Below are positions 1-8,516 of a DNA stretch of 37,934 nucleotides, piece by piece (position 1 is the stretch's first letter; every line of letters begins with the position of its first letter). The notes under the pieces were generated by a model that made no database searches, was not told where the DNA came from, and saw nothing but the letters and a program-made list of their open reading frames with translations. The stretch spans positions 1-37,934 of the IMG/VR virus record IMGVR_UViG_3300048599_000888; one strand, given 5' to 3'. This DNA comes from a virus (taxonomy: Duplodnaviria > Caudoviricetes). Both the position numbers and the translations under genes were made by a program.

Positions 1-1125
1 CTAAGACGCCTCGTGTCTGCTGAAATCGGTCTGCAAAGTTTTTGCAAAGTCGGAACCCCAAACCTTCTTTGCTAGCTCGATAGCCGACTTGTGATGATAG
101 AACTGCATCGTCGTTTGCGGACTCGCGTGGCGAGCCCACTTTTGCAGCTCAGCAGTTGACAAGTCGCTATCCATCCGCGACAGGAATGCGCGGCGTCCGA
201 TATCATGACTCGTGGCCGTCTTGCCGGTTGTTTCGTCGGTAACAACGCCCGAGGCTTCCCCGATATCAGAGATGGTCCGGATAGTTCGCTTTTGGGAAAG
301 CTGCCCTTTGTCTTTCAGAGGGAAGACGTAGCCGTAGCGAACGTCGCCGGCGATCAACTGCCAAAAGTCTGGCGTGACCGGTTGGTATTCATCACGCCGG
401 GCTTTATGCCCAGGGGCCAGCATGCGAATGAGCGGGTAGTCGAACGTCGTGATAACAGAAAGCTCGGCGTCCGCATCCCATGATAGCCGCCGTAGTTCAT
501 CGGCTCTCAGACTCGAATGGTAGAGGCCGTTTAGGAACTTAACCCAACGGTCAGAATCATTCGGCCGAATAGTCGGTACGGCGTTCAGGATCGAGGTGAA
601 TTCCACTTCCGTAACGCCGCGAGACCGCATTTTTCTCGATATTAACCGCGGCAAACGCAGTTTCGGCACGAAGTCGAGTAGATCGACGTAGCAGGCCCAG
701 GAAAGAGCCGAGCGGATATGGGAAACATAAGTTCGTTGGCTCATATCCGCCAGCCCCGCATCCCGCATAAGCATGAGCCAACGGCTCAGTAGTGACTTGG
801 TTACGTCGGCTAACCTGTCGGGATTCATGTCCGTCTCAAGCCGATTAGCCGATGTGGTCCAAATGCCCCAAGTAGCGTCGGAGAGTCGCGATAGCTCTTC
901 ATTCTCATAACGCTCGCGAAAGGCACTCCAGGCGATCATTTTGGAGTCCGGGTCGAACTTCTCAAGCTCGATCTCTTTGGCCGCGGCGATTCGTTCCGCT
1001 TCTCGCCGGTTGCGGACTCCGGTTGACTCTTCGCGGGTTTTGCCAACGCTGTTGGTCCAGCGGATTCCGAAGGGACGGTTTTTGTATTTGACGACGATAA
1101 CCTTTGTTCGTTTTCTTTGAGCCAT
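1..1125 (-). CDS. int: Tyrosine recombinase (phage integrase)
   Basis: Catalytic set visible: SSLRADEL (R), GHKARR (K), SHDIGRR (H-x-x-x-R variant), WARHAS (H), MQFYHH (Y). N-terminal arm-binding-like segment (IRWTNSVGKTREESTG). Stop TAG is positions 1-3. Confidence 0.93.
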   Translation of the reverse strand: MAQRKRTKVIVVKYKNRPFGIRWTNSVGKTREESTGVRNRREAERIAAAKEIELEKFDPDSKMIAWSAFRERYENEELSRLSDATWGIWTTSANRLETDMNPDRLADVTKSLLSRWLMLMRDAGLADMSQRTYVSHIRSALSWACYVDLLDFVPKLRLPRLISRKMRSRGVTEVEFTSILNAVPTIRPNDSDRWVKFLNGLYHSSLRADELRRLSWDADAELSVITTFDYPLIRMLAPGHKARRDEYQPVTPDFWQLIAGDVRYGYVFPLKDKGQLSQKRTIRTISDIGEASGVVTDETTGKTATSHDIGRRAFLSRMDSDLSTAELQKWARHASPQTTMQFYHHKSAIELAKKVWGSDFAKTLQTDFSRHEAS

Positions 1126-1268
1126 TGAACGACATTTTCCTCCACGAATAGCACAAGCTTACCCTTCGTGATGTGGGGGCACCCCTGCTGAATAAACTGG
1201 CGACGGATAGTTACACGGTCACAGTCGAAACGGTTTTGGAGATCAGAGATTGTTAAAATTCCTTGCAT
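936..1268 (-). CDS. Excisionase-like helix-turn-helix protein
   Basis: From ATG 1268: MQGILTISDLQNRFDCDRVTIRRQFIQQGCPHITKGKLVLFVEENVVQWL is a Xis/MerR-type winged-HTH pattern. It lies directly upstream of int and its low-complexity tail overlaps int by 190 nt. Confidence 0.7.
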   Translation of the reverse strand: MQGILTISDLQNRFDCDRVTIRRQFIQQGCPHITKGKLVLFVEENVVQWLKENEQRLSSSNTKTVPSESAGPTALAKPAKSQPESATGEKRNESPRPKRSSLRSSTRTPK

Positions 1269-1284
1269 AGTTGCAAATTCCCTA

Positions 1285-1314
1285 TTGCAAGGCCCGAAAC
1301 TCAGTGCGTACAAT
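1285..1314 (+). promoter_or_regulatory. Sigma70-type promoter pointing away from xis-int
   Basis: TTGCAA (1285-1290), 18-nt spacer, TACAAT (1309-1314). Confidence 0.55.
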
Positions 1315-1319
1315 GAGCG

Positions 1320-1443
1320 TGTCGGGCCGTGAAGCTCGATTGGACTAAGAGCCAGCCGCGAAAGACTTTGACCGGTACAACGCGACAGGCGACGAAAATT
1401 CAAGCGGGCTTTTGGGTTACCCCCCACGGCCCGCTTTTTCTTT
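1320..1443 (+). ncRNA. Putative ~120-nt small RNA antisense to the xis-int leader
   Basis: Bounded by the promoter above and a terminator hairpin. The 5' CGGGCCGTG (1323-1331) is perfectly complementary to CACGGCCCG (1425-1433). No convincing ORF. Confidence 0.45.
1402..1443 (+). terminator. Intrinsic terminator
   Basis: AAGCGGGC (1402-1409) pairs with GCCCGCTT (1429-1436), inner TGGG/CCCA stem, followed by TTTTTCTTT. Confidence 0.6.
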
Positions 1444-1726
1444 GCCGTAGTGAAATTAGATCATAGGCACCCCCTCGGCACTCGGCCGGGGAGCCGACGC
1501 ACGCATTGCGTCGTAGCGACGTAGCCCATACGCGGAGAATCCGCATAGAAAATATCGGATAGCCCGCTGTTTCAGCGGGAAAGTGGATAAGCCTGGCACC
1601 TGAAATCTCTCGTTGCTGCGGGAGTGAGTAGGGTGTGACGTGGCCCCCGAGGCGTTTGCGCGCCGGAGGGGCCGGGCTATATTAGCTGCGTTATCTTTAC
1701 CGATCTTTTCTGGGGATGCAAGTACA

Positions 1727-2299
1727 ATGATTCGCGTTGAATGTCCCGGTTGCCAAAAAACAATCAAAGCCCCCGATGATCGTGCTGGCACGGTCGCCAA
1801 ATGCCCGGGATGCGGAAATAAGCTGCGAATTCCAGCCTCGTCGAAGGCTGAGGCCGTGGAAAATGACCTGCTGACGGCAAGACCTTCGACCTTCCGCACG
1901 AGGCCGATCAAGTACGCGCTAACCATTTTTCTACTGTTGACATCTCTCATAGCCGCTATCACCTTTCGAGACCCTCTAGGATCCCCGATGCCCGCACTCT
2001 GGGGGTTCCCCTTGATATGGGCTTTTCTACTGGCCTACTGGCATCTCAACGATATGAATACTTCGCTTCGAGTCACGAATAAGAGATCAATCCTCAGACA
2101 CGGGATACTATCGAAACGGACGCGAGAGGTTCGGCATTCTGACGTTAGGCTTCTACAGGTCGACCAATCTTTCACACAACGGATGTTTGATGTTGGCTCG
2201 CTAGCCGTCGCCAGTTCAGCGCACGGCGCGATAGAAATTGAAATATGGGGGATTGCCCACCCGCAACACGTCAAAGAGACTATCGACGGGTACAGGTAG
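1727..2299 (+). CDS. Accessory membrane protein: Zn-ribbon + two TM helices + bacterial PH (bPH_2-like) domain
   Basis: MIRVECPGCQKTIKAPDDRAGTVAKCPGCG (two CxxC), two hydrophobic helices, then LRVTNKRSILRHGILSKRTREVR...VDQSFTQRMFDVGSL. Only credible plus-strand gene. Candidate promoter TTGCGC-16-TATATT at 1656-1683. Confidence 0.8.
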   Translation: MIRVECPGCQKTIKAPDDRAGTVAKCPGCGNKLRIPASSKAEAVENDLLTARPSTFRTRPIKYALTIFLLLTSLIAAITFRDPLGSPMPALWGFPLIWAFLLAYWHLNDMNTSLRVTNKRSILRHGILSKRTREVRHSDVRLLQVDQSFTQRMFDVGSLAVASSAHGAIEIEIWGIAHPQHVKETIDGYR

Positions 2300-2519
2300 C
2301 TTTTCTTGTAGGATTTCTGCCTAGTGTACAGTCGTATACTAGAAGTGCAAGCATAAAACCTGCAATTTTTCCTCTTGTCGCAATGGCCTAAGAATGCCGG
2401 CTTGACACGCAGACGGCTGCCTATTGCCCTCGGTCGCACCCGTGGCACAAATGATAAATGCCGCTCTCCGGTTTCCGCTCTTGCCACGCTGCGAGGTCGA
2501 CCGGGGTGGCCGTGGTGCG

Positions 2520-3518
2520 TTAAGGATCGGCCGGCACGTCGTAGACCTCTTGGTAGACGGCCGGAACTCTTGGCGGTACGTTCCCTCTAACTGTACCCAA
2601 AGCCCCGTAAATATCTTTGTCCGCTCGCAGCGACAAACTTAAAAGTCCGCCTTCCGGTCCGCCTGATACGTTGTTGACGGTAACTCGGTACACCCCAGAT
2701 CCTAGGTCGCTGATGTCGCTCGATGAAATAGGGTCATGCGTTACGGTCCCGGTCGCAAGAACGAGTATATGGTCCTCTGTAAGATCGTTCACAGCGTTAC
2801 CGGCACCTTGTCCAGGGCCGGTCTGCGTGAGGTTCGATTTGAATCTCAGATCAAAATCCGCAGTAGCTCCGACAAGGGGATAGTGGAAGTGATCGTCCAT
2901 CAGCCTCGCATGCTGGGCTCCGTACATTCCGAAGACTTCGCCCCCCGCCACAAATGCATTGACTATTCGGGCCAAGATATCATCTTCGTGATCGCTGCTG
3001 CTATCGTTCATCGTCACAACCATGAATCGAAATGGCGAAGTGGCCTCAAACTGGTCCGACGTTGCTACGACTGGCCACCCAGCCCGTATCACGCTTCGGT
3101 TCCACGGCGTGCGACGTTCTACCTCCGTAAAGTCTGGCGAGAATGAGTAGTTGTCAAACTTGATGACGCCTCCTTCGAGATCCGAGCTATCGAATAAGGT
3201 TGATCCGAAGAATGAGTTGGCGTTGGCAACGCTCGATGCTGTTCCGTTGAGACACCAGCCCTCGCCAATCGCTCTCAGGCTTGTCGGGTCAACGGTGATA
3301 CCCGTGGCTGGTAGGGAAAAGTTTTTCGCATGCGGAGTAATTACCCCCATCCTGGAGGAAGAAAGCGTGCTCCAGGAATAACTAATAAACCCCTGGGCAG
3401 CCCAAAGAGAAGCCGACGTGTACGTTCCCGAAAGTCCTGGCAAATGATGCACGGTGGTTGAGGCGTAATGCCAGACCGTGCCGCTGCCGTCTTTGACGAT
3501 CCTTACATTGTGCAACAT
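2520..3518 (-). CDS. Putative tail-tip/receptor-binding protein with C-terminal Ig-like domain
   Basis: Last gene of the tail operon; Ser/Thr/Gly-rich beta-type sequence; C-terminal GSGVYRVTVNN...GLLSLSL resembles bacterial Ig-like repeats; TAATG-coupled to the upstream gene. Confidence 0.55.
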   Translation of the reverse strand: MLHNVRIVKDGSGTVWHYASTTVHHLPGLSGTYTSASLWAAQGFISYSWSTLSSSRMGVITPHAKNFSLPATGITVDPTSLRAIGEGWCLNGTASSVANANSFFGSTLFDSSDLEGGVIKFDNYSFSPDFTEVERRTPWNRSVIRAGWPVVATSDQFEATSPFRFMVVTMNDSSSDHEDDILARIVNAFVAGGEVFGMYGAQHARLMDDHFHYPLVGATADFDLRFKSNLTQTGPGQGAGNAVNDLTEDHILVLATGTVTHDPISSSDISDLGSGVYRVTVNNVSGGPEGGLLSLSLRADKDIYGALGTVRGNVPPRVPAVYQEVYDVPADP

Positions 3519-4180
3519 TAAACTACGCTCATACTGCAGGTGTCGTCATCCAAGATGGTCAACGAGTAACTACCCACCACCGGCGTGCTGCCGGTCAGGT
3601 TAGCCACGATGACATGCCGAGACGTTGGGCTCAAATAGATATTAAGGGTCGTTTTACCAACGAGACTCGTGCCGTTGATGCTCGTTATCACGCGGGTCTC
3701 GATGTTCCATGCGTTCCCGGAGATATCCCATTCCGCCACACGTATGCCAGCGTAGGAAGTGCCGCCCACCACTTGCGAACTAGCCCAGCCGCTCATTAAC
3801 ACCAATTCTTCATCACCAATAAGGGAGGCAGGAGTCGCGCCAAACGTGCTGAACGGGAGGCTTCTGTCTGGAGTCAAAGTGAATGCCGGAGACTCTTTGA
3901 TGAAAACCGGCGCATGAAGCTCGAATTGCGCTAGGATATTTCCGTCCGGCATGGCTTGCCCGTAGACGTACTTTTCCGAAGACGCAATGTAATTCACATT
4001 GTACGGCGCTTCTGGATACTCACGGGGAATAAGCCACACCTCGTCGGACTCCAAACGCGGCCAGTAGATACCAGGCAGGATGGTAGCATCCGCGACGACA
4101 CTAGCCCTCCTGAGTGTCGAAGAGTAGTGTGTGGTCCACACCGGGAGCAGCTTGCAGCAGAGGCACTCCGCAACGGCCAT
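3518..4180 (-). CDS. Putative minor tail protein
   Basis: Position in tail operon, TAATG coupling at both ends, Cys cluster at the N-terminus (ECLCCK). Confidence 0.55.
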   Translation of the reverse strand: MAVAECLCCKLLPVWTTHYSSTLRRASVVADATILPGIYWPRLESDEVWLIPREYPEAPYNVNYIASSEKYVYGQAMPDGNILAQFELHAPVFIKESPAFTLTPDRSLPFSTFGATPASLIGDEELVLMSGWASSQVVGGTSYAGIRVAEWDISGNAWNIETRVITSINGTSLVGKTTLNIYLSPTSRHVIVANLTGSTPVVGSYSLTILDDDTCSMSVV

Positions 4181-4974
4181 TATCCGCAGTCCTTCCCGTT
4201 GATGATCGCAATGGGATTTAGGTTGCCGTGCGTTTGGAACGTCACGATCCGGCCCGATTTGATCGTTGCTGGTTGCTTGTTATAGATCGTAAAGTTGCTG
4301 CCTACAGCCTCCCAGGAACCGTCCTGATCGGGATCGTCCTGCTGCATAAGCTTGGCGGTTCCGCTGCCTAGTGTAATGTGGTTAGTGGCGAGAACAGCTG
4401 ATGTTATGTCGCTAGTTAGGATCGCCATACCGACGTTAACTTCTCCACTACTAGGTGTTCCACTCGCCCCCAACTCCACTATCGCCAATTTGGTTCCAGT
4501 GCCGGACTGTTTCCACTTGATCGGCACGCCGCTGTCCGCCGATACGAGATTGTCAAAATTGTCGTCTTCGCAATCGGCGAATTTATGATCCTCATCGCTC
4601 ACGTCGATTTGGCAGACGGTGTAGCCATGCACGACGGCTTCACGGAATTTGCCGTCTTTAACCGGGCCCTGCAAAACGACAAACGGCTTGCCGGCCTCGG
4701 GGGCGATTCCCTCCAGCGTAATCCTTTGGCGTGACATCCGCGCCGAGGTAATCACCGAATCGCCGGTCTGGACGATCGGGAAATCGGCGGAGAGATCGTC
4801 GCCCGCGGCGTTCTTGACTAAGATTTCCAAAGCGGCCCGGTTGCCGCTGGACATGCCGGGGGAATTGCCCGCGGTCTTCGAGGCCTTGTCCCTGTTCACC
4901 ACTCCGGCAATTTCATTCCAGTCGCGATTAGGGAAGACCGTCAGGGGTTGGCCGGGGTCACGCTTTTTGACCAT
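4180..4974 (-). CDS. Putative minor tail/baseplate protein
   Basis: Second gene after the tape measure; TAATG coupling; beta-rich sequence. Confidence 0.6.
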   Translation of the reverse strand: MVKKRDPGQPLTVFPNRDWNEIAGVVNRDKASKTAGNSPGMSSGNRAALEILVKNAAGDDLSADFPIVQTGDSVITSARMSRQRITLEGIAPEAGKPFVVLQGPVKDGKFREAVVHGYTVCQIDVSDEDHKFADCEDDNFDNLVSADSGVPIKWKQSGTGTKLAIVELGASGTPSSGEVNVGMAILTSDITSAVLATNHITLGSGTAKLMQQDDPDQDGSWEAVGSNFTIYNKQPATIKSGRIVTFQTHGNLNPIAIINGKDCG

Positions 4975-5774
4975 TAGACCCCCAGCCCGCCAAACGACGT
5001 GCGATAATAAATCCGTTCGACGAAGGCCGTGGTTGGGCTCTTTATCAGGGAATCGCCATTTTCGCCATCTTCGTAATAAGCCCAGAGTAGATCAAAACCG
5101 TCTTTGGCGGAAACGGTCAGATCGCCGACGGGGATTGAAGTCGCATTCTCGATGTACGCAAAGCCGAATTCGAGGGAGGCTTGCTCGCTTGATCTCATGC
5201 CGCCGGAGGCCGAGGCAAGCATGAGCGAACCCGCGGGGCAATCTTTATAGGTCGCGTTGTTGACCTTACCGACCAGCCCGCGAATCGTATTTTGGTAGGA
5301 CGTTGAAAAGCTACCCGACGCCGGGTAGTAGCCGATAGTAAACGTGACCGTCGGCGGAGCCAGGTTATATCCCTCGACTCTTTGGCCAGACGCATCTTTC
5401 ACGACGTTGATCGCGCCGCTGAAATCGTTGTCCGTGTCGCCAGTTACGCTAATCGTTGATAGGCTTTGGTAGATATGAGCCGAGGGGGCCTGGAAGTTAA
5501 AGCGGTACTCCCACGATCCAAGGTCCGGGATGCTGCCAGAGCTTCCCGAGCCGTATTTCATGGATGCCCGCCACAGTCCGATCGAGGTATCCAGTTCCTC
5601 GATCTCATAATCTTGGCGAGGTAGGCCAGCGAGCGTCGAGGGGGCATAGGAATCCAAGGCGGTGATCAGATCCTCTTCATCGTCGCCTGAGCCGACATAG
5701 GCAAAATACTCCCTCTGCAAATTCTGTGAATTGCCCCCGCGGGAGTCAGCATTTTCCCAAATCGTCACAGCCAT
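4974..5774 (-). CDS. Putative distal tail/hub protein
   Basis: Immediately follows the tape measure gene (TAATG), the usual position of a distal tail protein. Confidence 0.6.
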   Translation of the reverse strand: MAVTIWENADSRGGNSQNLQREYFAYVGSGDDEEDLITALDSYAPSTLAGLPRQDYEIEELDTSIGLWRASMKYGSGSSGSIPDLGSWEYRFNFQAPSAHIYQSLSTISVTGDTDNDFSGAINVVKDASGQRVEGYNLAPPTVTFTIGYYPASGSFSTSYQNTIRGLVGKVNNATYKDCPAGSLMLASASGGMRSSEQASLEFGFAYIENATSIPVGDLTVSAKDGFDLLWAYYEDGENGDSLIKSPTTAFVERIYYRTSFGGLGV

Positions 5775-7591
5775 TAGTCGCCGGGTATGCCCCCATCGAC
5801 GATGAACTTTTTAGGCTTCGTGTTTTTGGCGATTTCGCGAAGGATATCAATCTCCTCGTTCCTCCCGCCGAATTGCTGAGCAGCCAGTGAGACATCGAGC
5901 AATGCTCCCGGGTTAGGCCCGCCGCTCATGCCGCCAAGGGTTTGCATCGCGGCTTCCGCATCCTTCATCTTCGCTTCGACTTCCGCCGGGACCGCGGCGT
6001 TTTGAATCTCAGCGGATTTCTGTTCAAAGCGGGCACGGGCTTCAGCAAGTTCTTTTTCCGCTTCGATCAACTTCGCGGACAAAGCTGCGTCGCGAGAACC
6101 CGCGGCAGTTTTGCGACCGGCCTCGATCGCCGCAAGAGCTCGGTCCCGCTCCGCGTCAATGCCCCTTGCATTGCGGTTTGATTCGGTTTCACGGCCTCCG
6201 ACTCTGCGGTTCAGTTCGTTTTGCAGCTCGGCCTGCACTCCCTCCGTTTCGCCGATACCCGCCAGCGAATAGACCACTACGTCGAAAGCATCTTGCCACC
6301 ACCGTTGGAACTCCGCCCAAGCCTTCTTTATCTCCGCCAGCATCTTGAACCAAAGCTTCTGTACGTCGAATACCAGCTCGGTCATGGTCCCCACTACGAG
6401 GTACTTAAACCCCTCCCATGTCGTCTCTAGCTCGTGCGTACCCTTCTGCCACAGCAGACGGAGACCCGCCCAAAGAATCTCGCCTGCCGCTTGGATATCC
6501 CCCCCCGCAAGGGCCGTGGCGATCCCGCCGAAAGTTTGCTTGGCGATATCAAACAGTTGGCCGAACCAATTCGAGAGATTCGTGACCATCGCCCGGCCGG
6601 CTTCGGTTGCGTTAGCGAAATAAACGCCGAGAGCAGCAACGCCGGAAGCGACTAACGTAATCGGCGAGAGCAACACTCCGAAGATTGTGCTTAACGCCCC
6701 AATCGCTGTCGCCAAACCTCCGGCCACCACCGACGCAGCAGCGAAGCCGAGCCCAAGAGCCACCACAGCCCCGCCGGCCAGTGCGATCCCGCCGCCGATC
6801 AATGCGACCGTGCGGATGAGTTCCTTGTTTTGGCTAATCCACTCGATGCCCGCGGCGAGGATGCTTTGCGTCCATGTCAGGAAGCGGGTCAACGGCCCCG
6901 CAATGGCCGCTCCAATAGTTTCGACAACTCGCTTAATTTGTGCCCACGCTACGTCCATCGCATCGCCTAAAGCATCAGCCGCTGCCGCGTCTTCGGCAGA
7001 CATAACGAGACCTAGCCGCTCCGCTGCTTCCCGCGTCTCGTCAAGCGTTTCGAGCATAGGTAATAGCTCAGTGCCAGAGCGGCCGAAAATCTTCATCGCC
7101 AGAGCCGTCTTCTTACTGGCGTCTTGCACGTCGGCGATGCGACTAGCAAATAGGGCGAATTGGTCCTCGGGGGCGAGGCCTTGCAGGTCCGTGAGACTTA
7201 CGCCAAGATCGTCGAGGTTATCCGTCGCCGTGGACAAACCCCGTTCAGCATCTAGGATCGTGCGAGCCATGCCCCGCGTCGCCTTTTCGACGGCTTCAAT
7301 ACTCGACCCGTTCTGCTTGGCGGCGTAACCTAATTCCCCGAGGGCTTCGACGGAAAGGCCCGTGCGAGCCGCCATGTCATTAAGCTCGCTGCCAGTAGCG
7401 GAGAATGCCGCCGCCGCCCCGAACAATGCCCCGGTGATCGACGTGCCGATGGCCGTCATCTTCGTGCCGAGCGACAACAGCGGCTTGCTGATCGCCGAGA
7501 AGCGGGACTGCAATTTGCGTAACCCTGCCTGCACCCGGTCATCCAGGGTGAGCAAGATTTTCGCATTGCCGGCAACTCGGCCTTTAGCCAT
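5774..7591 (-). CDS. Tail tape measure protein
   Basis: Ala/Gly-rich helical protein; DMAARTGLSVEALGELGYAAKQNG and AMKIFGRSGTELLPML motifs; long hydrophobic central stretch; follows the chaperone genes. Confidence 0.92.
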   Translation of the reverse strand: MAKGRVAGNAKILLTLDDRVQAGLRKLQSRFSAISKPLLSLGTKMTAIGTSITGALFGAAAAFSATGSELNDMAARTGLSVEALGELGYAAKQNGSSIEAVEKATRGMARTILDAERGLSTATDNLDDLGVSLTDLQGLAPEDQFALFASRIADVQDASKKTALAMKIFGRSGTELLPMLETLDETREAAERLGLVMSAEDAAAADALGDAMDVAWAQIKRVVETIGAAIAGPLTRFLTWTQSILAAGIEWISQNKELIRTVALIGGGIALAGGAVVALGLGFAAASVVAGGLATAIGALSTIFGVLLSPITLVASGVAALGVYFANATEAGRAMVTNLSNWFGQLFDIAKQTFGGIATALAGGDIQAAGEILWAGLRLLWQKGTHELETTWEGFKYLVVGTMTELVFDVQKLWFKMLAEIKKAWAEFQRWWQDAFDVVVYSLAGIGETEGVQAELQNELNRRVGGRETESNRNARGIDAERDRALAAIEAGRKTAAGSRDAALSAKLIEAEKELAEARARFEQKSAEIQNAAVPAEVEAKMKDAEAAMQTLGGMSGGPNPGALLDVSLAAQQFGGRNEEIDILREIAKNTKPKKFIVDGGIPGD

Positions 7592-7861
7592 TCTTCCACG
7601 CTCCGAACACGCTATCGAGCAACCGAGCCGATTTCTTTTTGTCGAGTCGAGATTTTCGCTTCCGAGTCATAGGGTGCATTTCTCGAAACTGTTTAGCTCG
7701 TTTCCGGCCAAAGGCCGCGTTGTGGATTTCCATTCGTATCGCTGCCGTATGGTTCCAACGGTCCTCCTGGACGGCCTCGTGCATCGCGATTAGCTCACGG
7801 GCCGTCAAGGGGAAAAGGTCAACTCCGCAGATTGCCGCGAACGCTAACCAGTCTTCCCAGG
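7584..7861 (-). CDS. Tail assembly chaperone extension (gpT-like), probably expressed by -1 frameshift; start is approximate
   Basis: Open -1 frame relative to 7844-8320. The protein-like part TWEDWLAFAAICGVDLFPLTARELIAM begins in the overlap and ends overlapping the tape measure start. Confidence 0.6.
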
Positions 7862-8320
7862 TGCTAGCCTGCTGTCGATCTCGCTCAGTATCCGATCTAT
7901 CTCCGCGTCCATCGTCTCCGCGATTTTCGGATCGGTAATTTTCGCTGTCAGTTTCTCCGCCGTCCGGATGAGAAAGCTCTGCCCCTCGGCTATCGCCGCC
8001 TCGACGGTCGTGCGGCGATGGGGCTGGACAAAACTTAGATAAGCTTCCCGTAGGGCGTCCCATCCCGCGGCCAATGAGTCGCCATCGAGCGCATCAAAAA
8101 ATTGCTCTTGGCTAGTGGCGCGGTCTTCGGCCTGCCCCCTGACCAAATGCCACAGCACACTAGCCAAGGATTCGCAGTCGACTTGCAGGCCCACGAGCGT
8201 CTCGACCGCCTTGGGCCCGATCAGATCAACTCTCGTTGCCGTCTTCAACGTCCGGGCCAGTCCGAAAGTCAGTGGAACCGTCCACGTCAGACTGTCGGTT
8301 GTCGTGAATACGTTTTTCAT
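7844..8320 (-). CDS. Tail assembly chaperone (gpG-like)
   Basis: Between the major tail and tape measure genes; helical, acidic; AGGTG SD upstream. Confidence 0.7.
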   Translation of the reverse strand: MKNVFTTTDSLTWTVPLTFGLARTLKTATRVDLIGPKAVETLVGLQVDCESLASVLWHLVRGQAEDRATSQEQFFDALDGDSLAAGWDALREAYLSFVQPHRRTTVEAAIAEGQSFLIRTAEKLTAKITDPKIAETMDAEIDRILSEIDSRLAPGKTG

Positions 8321-8501
8321 GGATCACCTGTTTGATTTTTGGGGCGGAAACCAACACGCGGCCGGAGGTATTCGACAGCTCGACTAAGTCCGGAAACTTT
8401 TCGCCGACGCCGTTCAGCAACTCGGCGAGAGAGTCGGCGGTTATGTCGACCTGATCGGGGTGAGACTCAAGGGCTTCGGTAACTTTCTCAATCAAATTCA
8501 T
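8226..8501 (-). CDS. Hypothetical protein in tail operon
   Basis: Purine-rich SD (AGGAAAGG) before the ATG; fills the gap after the major tail gene; tail overlaps the chaperone gene by 95 nt. Confidence 0.55.
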   Translation of the reverse strand: MNLIEKVTEALESHPDQVDITADSLAELLNGVGEKFPDLVELSNTSGRVLVSAPKIKQVIHEKRIHDNRQSDVDGSTDFRTGPDVEDGNES

Positions 8502-8516
8502 GAGGGGCCTTTCCTA

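Noticed and set aside
936-1156. Programmed Xis-Int frameshift fusion or triple-coding region
   Set aside because: All three minus frames are open here, but there is no X XXY YYZ site and the overlapping tails are low-complexity by-products of the int frame.
1324-1433. Functional tRNA or tmRNA gene / attachment-site tRNA
   Set aside because: No T-loop consensus, anticodon arm or CCA end; kept only as a tRNA-like observation.
1456-1962. 168-aa minus-strand ORF as a repressor
   Set aside because: It overlaps the well-supported plus-strand gene and has no HTH pattern.
2402-2430. Sigma70 promoter at TTGACA 2402
   Set aside because: No acceptable -10 hexamer at 16-18 nt spacing.
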